Shown: positions 55,040 to 64,000 of the stretch, one piece after another
How positions within the stretch are numbered: the first letter of the stretch is position 1
Layout: each line of letters opens with the position of its first letter
Assembly: GCA_951406725.2 (NCBI GenBank)
Contig: OX597817.1
Coordinates: 120,528,001 to 120,592,000 of the forward strand
Length of the DNA: 64,000 nt
Direction of reading: 5' to 3'
Source: Octopus vulgaris
Taxonomy: Eukaryota
Translations under genes and position numbers: made by a program
Notes under the pieces: model-generated
Seen by the model: the letters and a program-made list of their open reading frames with translations, nothing else
Told to the model about the DNA's origin: nothing
The model's database searches: none

Positions 55040-56071
55040 TTAAAATGAGGGTGGAAAATTGGATATTAATTTGATAACATCAATTTAACACCAGGTCTCG
55101 CATATTAAAAAACTGAAGGTTCAGTAAATTGTATTACATACATATGAGAGGGATGACCTACTTCTAGCATTAGAGTTGTCCACATAGTGGTCATCCCTCT
55201 CATATGTGTATATATATATGTATGTATATATTATATATATATATATATATGTGTGTGTGTTTGTGTATATTTGTTTAAGTTTATGTTTATTTATGTTTAT
55301 ACAAAAGTGTGTGTATATATATTTGTGTGTGTAAGTGTATATATAAATCTGCTCATCTGGATTCCTCTTATAAAAAAATGTGTATGTATGTATATAAACG
55401 TTGTGCATTTATGTATGCATATCTGAGTGTGTACTTATATATATGCATGTATATGTATTTATTTGCATATGTATATATATATATAATTTTATGTGGCTGT
55501 TAAATGATGATGATGATGATGTACATGCATATATGTGTGTGTGTGAGTGTGTATATATATCTATATGTATATGAATATAAAATACCTGTAAACATGGTAT
55601 ATATAGCCTATATGTATAAAATATGTATGTATATGTGTGTGTATATATACATAATTATATCTGTATGTGTGTATGACAGAATGGAATATTCAATTTTGAT
55701 GGAGTTCAGTTCATTTGGTACATGCGTGAACAAAGCAGTTCCTTTTGCTTAGCTATTGATGAAGATTTTTATTCAAAGGATAAGAAAATTTATTTATATA
55801 TAATAGGACAATATTCTAGAGGTTGTTATAGCTGGAAGCATAATTCTTGTGTATCTGTACAGATATTTAATTTTAAATTACAGTATACAATATAATATAC
55901 ATGACTGTTTAGAATTATTGAGAGTGGGTGGTAACAATTCTGATAGTGTAGGTAGATTTTTAGGCAATGATAATGAAATATGTGTGCTTGACTATTTGCA
56001 TACTAACAGTTACTCAAATATTAATATTAGTACACACACACACACACAAACACACACACTCTCTCTCTCTC

Positions 56072-57084
56072 AGAAAAGTGTGTTCCAGAAGTTTTGAAAC
56101 CTTTCTAGGAGAGACATTTATAAGGATTATTGTAACTTTTGCATATCATTACTTTATACCTAATAAGCTGACCTGCCACGTTTTGACATTCCAGATTGAT
56201 GTAACAAAGAGATGGCTGTAACAGCACTTTTCACCCTTTAGCATTTAAACTAGCCATATCCAGCCAAAATATTATATCTGTTTTATGTTCAAACTGACCG
56301 GATCTAACCCCCTACACCTACCCTCCAGTGCCATTCTAAAAATTAACAATCCCATTCTTGAAATCTCAAATTTATGAGACAATGCATGATTAATTGAAAA
56401 CAATTTGAATGAATAAGCATTACATTTGATAGGGTTATCTGAATGTTAAAGGGTTAAAACACAGCTTGCCATAGTTGACTAATTTGCGGAATACAGTCAG
56501 AACATGTAGACAATATGGAACCTCACTATGCAATAAAGTTTTGTATTAAAACTGGGCAAAAATACCACAGGAATTTATGAAATGCTCCAGACTGCTTATG
56601 GATTAACTTGCTGGCACAAGAGGCCAGATAAAACAAGTCCACCATGAAGTTTTTGAGGATCCTCTTCTTTTGACAGACAGCAAGGACATCATCTACATCC
56701 ACTGGTTTCATTCTGGCCAGATGGTCAACAAAAAGTACTCTGTTGCGGTTTTGAGGGAGTTCAGGACAAGATAGCATTGCAACAGACGAAAGCACTTTCA
56801 CCAGAATAATGTACCAACCCAGATTTCCATTCTGGTAACCAACTACTTAACAGAGATGTGTATCAAAACTGTTTCTCACTCTTTCTATAGTCTGTAACTT
56901 TCCCCCTGTGACTTTTTGTTGTTCCTTGACACCATCATTTTCAAGGACTTCCATGGAGCTTTCATGAAGTAGCTAGTACATTGAAGTAGGAGGATCCTAC
57001 TTTGAAGAAGGTTAGGATATTGCATTTCTTCAAATTTAGTATACGCCTCTCTGCAAAGGTGTTAAAATTTTCAGAATGCATTTC

Positions 57085-57085
<1 letters not shown>
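56072..57085 (+). mobile_element. Internally deleted, decayed Tc1/mariner (mariner) transposon
   Basis: Peptides YAIKFC..GKNTTGIYEMLQTAYG, DSKDIIYIHWFHSGQMVNKKYSVAVLREFR, IKTVSHSFYSL*LSPCDFLLF (HPPYSPDLAPCDF-like); degenerate TIRs; TA at 57086-57087. Confidence 0.85.
56234..56453 (+). mobile_element. MITE family C nested in the mariner 5' region
   Basis: TTCA-ccctttagcatt...aatgttaaaggg-TTAA. Confidence 0.87.
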
Positions 57086-57127
<42 letters not shown>

Positions 57128-57423
57128 AATTCCAACCTTACTGTTAGGTGCGTTTCATTTCTTCATCACTTACCCTGTGTTATTTTACAAGTTTTCTGAT
57201 AACAGAGTGCAATTTAATTTAAGGAGGCATATACCGAAGACTCCGTTCCTTTTATCATATATCCTGTTTAATTCCTTTCAAATTCAAATTCCATATTATT
57301 TGCTTTTGTATCCAAATAACTTTCTAGTAACAAAAACAAGGGGAGTACTCTAAAGAAAATGATAGCAATCTGCACTTGTGTAAGAAAAAGTAATTCAATA
57401 AGTTGCACAACACAGTGTATATT

Positions 57424-57853
57424 CTTTTCTACTCTAGACACAAAGCCTGAAATTTTGGGGGAGGGGCCAGTCAATTATATCGATCCCAGTATGCAACTGG
57501 TACTTAATTTATAGATCCCAAAAGGATGAAAGGCAAAGTCGACCTCAGCAGAATTTGAACTCAGAACGTAAAGGCAGATGAAATATCTCTAAGCATTTCA
57601 CCCAGCATGCTAATGTTTCTTATTTCTTTATTGCCCACAAGGGGTTAAACATAGAGGGAACAAACAAGGACAGACAAACGGATTAAGTCGATTATATTGA
57701 CCCCAGTGCCTAACTGGTGCTTATTTAATCGACCCTGAAAGGATGAAAGGCAAAGTTGACCTTGCTGGAATTTGAACTCAGGACGTAGCGGCAGATGAAA
57801 TACTGCTAAGCATTTCGCCCAGCATGCTAACATTTCTGCCAGCTCGCCGCCTT
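57424..57853 (-). mobile_element. Dimeric SINE B bounded by one 15-bp TSD
   Basis: TSD aacacagtgtatatt at 57409-57423 and 57854-57868; two monomers joined at ~57617. Confidence 0.9.
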
Positions 57854-58250
57854 AACACAGTGTATATTACAAAACCTAAGATAAATTTAAAGCAGTTAAA
57901 ATACATTTTTTTAAAGCCTTTCAGTATGAAATTTTAAACAGACATAAATATAATTTCTTATTCTCTTTAACTTGGAAAAGTAAAAGAGATTGCTCTGACG
58001 TGTTTCATTGTGTGTTTACTCATCAGAAGAAAATAACCTCTTATTCTTGTGTTGAAGAAGAGAACTTATAAGCAAATTGTTTTTCTTTACAATTGAAACA
58101 TAAATTAAAACTTAGCTATAATAGCTAGACTAATTTACATATCATGTGTTTGTTGTTGGTATAATTAAATAATTCATGAATATTTAAGTTAAAATCTGTT
58201 GTTTAAATAATTTAAAATAAAATTATCTTAAGTTTTTCATCTATTATATT

Positions 58251-58313
<63 letters not shown>

Positions 58314-58625
58314 TATATCATATATATTATACATCATATTTTAAATATGATATATGTTATATATATGCATGGGAAGAGGAATATTGATGTTGTTGAACAA
58401 AGAGAAAATTATAAATTTTGTGTTTGTGTGTTTATATATGAGTATATATTGTATATATGCCTGTGTGTATATGTACATTTAGATGTCTATGTGAATTTGT
58501 GTGTGTGTGTGTGTATATATATATGTATATATATACATTTGTGTGTGTGTGTGTGCATGTGTTTGTTTATATATGTGCATAAGTATACAAGTGTGTGTTG
58601 ATATATATATATAAATATATGCATA

Positions 58626-58662
<37 letters not shown>

Positions 58663-59720
58663 AAGCAAAAATGTGGAATGCAGGTATTCGTAGTATTGTT
58701 AGTTCAATATGTTGTTACAAAAGTTTCTCTCTAGACAAAGAAAAAAAAAAGCTAATGGAGAAATATATATAAAAAAAAAAGCTATGCTACCTGGCCAACT
58801 TCAGGAAGAATATTTACCTGGACTCTCTGCCCATTTGTCCTCGTCACAGTAAATGGTTTTACTTTGGACCTCTCTGACCTACTTTTTTCCATGTGAGAAA
58901 CATTGGCAATTTCTTGCAAATGTTCGAGAAAAATTATGCATGAAATTTTCATTATGTACACCTACACTTTGAAATACGTGCCTCTGGAGGCTAGCAGTTG
59001 AATATCTTTGAACACATTCATGATTCCTAGCCATTGACAACAGCCAGTGTGTACATATGTGTGTGTGTGTATGTCTGTGTGTATGTGTGAGAATATGTAT
59101 ATATCTATAAGAATATGTGTATGTGAGTATATGTATAAGTATACATGTATGTGAGTATTTGTATGTAATTATATTTAAGGAGAGTCCAAATAATAGTTTC
59201 TCACATTTGCTGAAGTCTTATCGCTAAAGGAGATGAACGGATATTTAAACTCAGTGTTGAAATGCTGGTGCGTGTTTGTGTATGCAAGTGTGTTTGAGTG
59301 CGAATTTGTGTGTCTATATATGTATATATATTGTTATTCTCTTCAATTAACATCCATGTTCTATTCTGGCATGGGTTAGATGGACAAGATCCTAAGACCA
59401 ATGAGTGCATCATCGTACTCTAGTATCTATGTGGCATGGTTTTTGTAGTTGGATGCCCTTCTTAATGCTAAACAATTTACAGTGTGTACTGGTTACTTTT
59501 GTCTTCCTACCAGCACTGCTGGGGTCCGTATGTAGCATACAATGCTACAAACCTCAAATGGGGAGGTGGGGTCATCAAGGATTGCGTAGAGAAGGGTAAG
59601 ATATAAGAAAAAAGGGCTAGAGTGAAAGAGGTTTCTATATGACTACTTAGGTTTAGAAGAGAAAGTTGGTTGGGGTGGAAGGAGAGCTGGAAATTTGTGA
59701 TATATCATTATAATTTCTGG

Positions 59721-60135
59721 TTACTCTTTTTACTCTTTTACTTGTTTCAGTCATTTGACTGCGGCCATGCTGGAGCACTGCCTTTAGTCGAGCAAATCGA
59801 CCCCAGGACTTATTCTATCGGTCTCTTTTGCCAAACCGCTAAGTTACGGGGACGTAAACAAACCAGCATCAGTTGTCAAGCGATGTTGGGGGACAAGCGC
59901 ACAAACACACACACATACACATATATGTATATTTATATATATATATATATATACGATGGGCTTCTTTCTGTTTCCGTCTACCAAATCCACTCTCAAGGCT
60001 TTTCAGTCACACGGTTCCAGATTCAGTCCCACTGCATGGTATCTTGGACAAGTGTCTTCTACTACAGCATCAGGCCAATCAAACCCTTGTTAGTGGATTT
60101 GGCAGACTGAAACTGAAAAGAAATGTTGTGTATAC

Positions 60136-60203
<68 letters not shown>

Positions 60204-60808
60204 CTTTTGTGCCTGTGTTTGTTCCCCACCACTGCTTGACAACTGGTGTTGTTGTCATTATATCTCCAGATCTAGTGGTTCAGCAAAAGAGACTGATATA
60301 ATAAGTACCACGCTTTAAAACAGTAAGTACTGGGGTTGATTTGCTCGACTAAAGGTGGTGATTCAGCATGGTCACAGTCAAATGACTGAAACAAGTAAAA
60401 GAGTATAAATACTTACACACATGTACATCTGAAATATTCGCTAATTCCTGAATAGTGGATCATAAAACTGAAATAGTGAATGCAGGCTAAGTCACCATTA
60501 ATTCATATACCTGTTTTCTTGTGATTTGCCTTGGATTTATTTCGCATTGTTCCATCCAGCCTTACCCACAAATTTTATATAATGCATACATATGTTAATC
60601 TATCTATCTATCTATCTATCTACATATAAGTGGCTTTTATAGGCACAGGAGTGGCTGTGTGGTAAATAGCTTGCTTATTAATCACATGGTTCTGGGTTCA
60701 GTCCCACCGCATGGCACCTTGGGTAAGTGTCTTCCACTATAGCCTCAGGCCGACTAAAGCCTTGTGAGTGGATTTGGTAGACGGAAACTGAAAGAAGCCC
60801 GTCGTATT

Positions 60809-60852
<44 letters not shown>

Positions 60853-61344
60853 GGTCCCCCCAACATCGCTTGACAACCGATGCTGGTGTGTTTACGTCCT
60901 CGTCACTTAGCAGTTCAGCAAGAAAGACTGATAGAATAAGTACTAGGCTTACAAAGAATAAGTCCTGGGGTCGATTTGCTCAACTGGAGGTGGTGCTCCA
61001 GCATCGCTGCAGTCAAATGATGGAAACAAATATAAGAATAAAAGAATAAAAAGAATCTATCTATCTATCTATATCTCTTTTATCTCTTTTACTTGTTCCA
61101 GTCATTTGACAGTGGCCATACTGGAGCACTGCCTTTAGTTGAGCAAATTGACCCTAGGGCTTATTCTTTGTAACCCTAGTACGACGGGCCTCTTACAATT
61201 TCCATCTACCAAATCCACTCACAAGGCTTTGGTCAGCCCAAGGCTATAGTAGAAGACACTTGCCCAAGGTGCCACACAGTGGGAATGAACCTGGAACTAT
61301 GTGGTTGGTAAGCAAGCTACTTACCACACAGTCACTCCTGCACC
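59721..61344. mobile_element. Four SINE A copies (59721-60002 -, 60005-60404 +, 60642-61055 +, 61076-61344 -)
   Basis: Homology to family A; the last copy has an internal deletion at ~61182. Confidence 0.9.
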
Positions 61345-61970
61345 TATAGATATATATATGCATACTCTGTGTATTTATTGTGTCAAACATGTGCATTTTA
61401 TTTTAAGCACGTAAATTTTCTAAGAGGATATATATTGCAACAGAAGTAAACTTACTCTTTTATTTGAAAAGACTGAAAATAATAAAAAAAAAAGGTCATT
61501 TAGAATGTTTACCGTGTTGATAGCATCATCTTATACTTGGCAGCTGTAGCATAGTGTACTTACTGCGAGAAGCTGCTGTACTGCTATTAGAATGTAACAA
61601 TAGTTGTAGGATGTCTAGTGTGAAACAATATCAATCTGTTGTTGAATTTCAGTGTGTAATTAAAGCGACATGCTGCTCTTAGTTTTTGTTGTTGCTGCTG
61701 CTATTGATGTAATTGTTGTTGTATAGATGCATCTTTATTGAGGTGGTAGGAGGGAATCATTGAAAACCTTTGTTTATCTTGTTGGGTTGTAGGTAAACAG
61801 TGATCATAATTCAAGTGCATTTGTTTCTCCTCCTCCTCTCTAGATATTCAGTTGCTATTTTTATCATCTCTTCAGGTTTTACTTTTGTCTCTGTGTGTGG
61901 ATGAGGTTATGCTTGCTTCTCTGTATACACATATCGTTTGTAGGTATATATATTCATTTATCATGCATAA

Positions 61971-62060
61971 ATACATACATACATACATACATACATACAT
62001 ACATACATACATACATACATACTTACATACATACATACATACATATATACATACATACAT
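61971..62060. repeat. (TACA)n microsatellite
   Basis: Direct reading. Confidence 0.97.
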
Positions 62061-62204
62061 GCATGCATGCAAACTTCTATATAAACATGTAAAGTATAAA
62101 GATATTAGTTATATTTGAATACATATATCACAGATGTATATACTTGTAGATGTGTATATAATAAGGATTAAAAATACAAGTTACTTGTGGATAGCTGCCT
62201 ACAT

Positions 62205-62244
<40 letters not shown>

Positions 62245-62282
62245 TGTATTTGTATATCTATATCTATTTATCAAAATAAACA

Positions 62283-62326
62283 ACAAGGATATCCAGAGGT
62301 AATGCATTACCTCTGGATATCCTTGT
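62283..62326. repeat. Perfect 44-bp palindrome with no spacer
   Basis: acaaggatatccagaggtaatgcattacctctggatatccttgt equals its own reverse complement. Confidence 0.97.
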
Positions 62327-63649
62327 GGCATATTTTGGTTATAATCACCTTATTTTAAATTGTATGGATAATACCATACTAAATTCTGGTGCCTCAACTT
62401 AAGTACCATATTCATCTGAATCTAAATTTTTACTGAACTATATCTATATATCTATATATATTATAGATTCATATATTTGTACACATGAGTATATATATAT
62501 ATATATATATAATGTATATACTAATGATTACACAAGCACACACACACATTTATATTATCGTCATCATTTTAACATTCACCTTTCTGTGTTCATATGGGGC
62601 AAATGTAATTTGCGACACATTTTCTATATCTAGATACCTCTTCTGGTCACCAGTCTTCACTTGTTTCCAATGAAGCTAATATTTCCCTATGAAAGAAAGG
62701 GCACTTCTTAGATGATGATAATATATATATGTGTGTGTGTGTGTAATACAAATTCACACGCATACATGTATGCATATATACATGTGTGTGTGTCACTATC
62801 AACCTTCATTGACATTTTGTGCTAGTTGTAAATGAGTTTCACCTTTGTGCAAGACATGTCCTTCATTTGCTATCTTCCATGAAAACATTTCTGGTCATGT
62901 AGAAATATTACCTTATTCAAGAACAGGTGATGGTCAGTGACAGGAAAGGCACGTGGCCGTAGAAAAATATGCCTCAAAAACATTGCATCCAACCCATGCA
63001 ATCATGGGGAAGTGGATGTTAAAATTATATTTGGTGACAATGATGATTTCTAAGAATTATCTCCTCTTTTCTTGCAATTACTCCTAGCTCCCTTGTTTTG
63101 CTGCCCCATCTGAAAAGCAAATTTCACTTCATTGAGAATTTTTTTGCATACAATCAGTAAGTGCATCACTACCTAACCACATTATATACACTCTTTCTTT
63201 TATACACTTTCTAACACCTCTCACACACACTCATATGTACATGCATGCACACACACACACACATATACATATGCACACACGTTTATATTTTCCTCTGTAT
63301 GTATTTTATATTTCTACATACATATTTGAAATGTGAAATGAATGCTGAATATGTTTATGCCATGAAATCATAGTAATTTCACAATACACCTTTATAACAA
63401 GCTGATTGAAATAGCTTTTCAATGTATTGGAAATAGAAGCATCTAACAGAAAATTTCTCAAATAAAAAAGGAATGTCTGACAATGAAATGTGTTACTATT
63501 TCTAATGGAATTATATTTTACTCATAAAATTATAAAAAGAAATTACCTCGTAGATTAAATAAAGTAAAATATTAAAAAAAGTAACTCTGGCATTTAAAAA
63601 TTTGAAACAAAACTTTTTCTGCTTCTATATATGGAAGGAAATAATTTAG

Positions 63650-63885
63650 CTAACAAGCCAATGAGGAAGTGGGGGGGGTCTCTATGTGGTTACATGTCCT
63701 GCTAAAAATAATAAACAAATCTCCATTGAATTACTTGCTATTAGCTGAAAAATATATGAAGGACACCCCAGATAATGTCACTTTAGATAACCTCCCCTAT
63801 TAAAAACAGGATGTTGTATAACTGGAATGTATTTTTTTGATTATAGGTCTGATTGGTCAAGATTTACCTTGGGTCAAACAATAAC
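63650..63885 (+). mobile_element. Family H copy
   Basis: tcctgctaaaaataataaacaaatctcc...gataatgt...actggaatg...ttgattataggtctg...cttgggtcaaacaataac. Confidence 0.65.
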
Positions 63886-64000
63886 AGTTTTTTTTAAGAA
63901 ATAGAAACATTGCTTACTCTCCACTTTGAAACTACATGGTTTCAAATTCTGTCCCATTTTGCCAAATGTTGGGCAAATGTCTTCTACTGGCCAATGTTTT

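Noticed and set aside
56526-56801. 91-aa minus-strand ORF
   Set aside because: Antisense of the decayed mariner transposase

Overview
AT-rich, microsatellite-dense, essentially non-coding eukaryotic DNA (intron or intergenic). The SINE families and heavy (TA)n/(CA)n load look like an Octopus/coleoid cephalopod genome; this is recognition from memory, not a database check. No intact protein-coding gene is supported, and nearly all track ORFs are translations of microsatellites or SINEs. Contents: about 20 copies of tRNA-derived SINE family A, about 30 copies of SINE family B, several rarer SINE/tail families, two decayed RTE-clade LINE fragments, one internally deleted mariner, two TTAA-flanked piggyBac-like MITE families, hAT-like MITEs and a few candidate spliced exons. 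Family letters are my own labels. The most interesting signal is a set of short inserts in or beside (TA)n/(GATA)n tracts. They carry minimal type I hammerhead-ribozyme motifs and/or long hairpins, consistent with Penelope-like-element (PLE) relics. One tRNA-headed SINE also ends in a hammerhead-like tail. Other notable structures are a 1.07-kb inverted duplication that preserves a MITE empty site and a SINE dimer junction that recurs twice. Coordinates were read by eye; boundaries of decayed elements are approximate.
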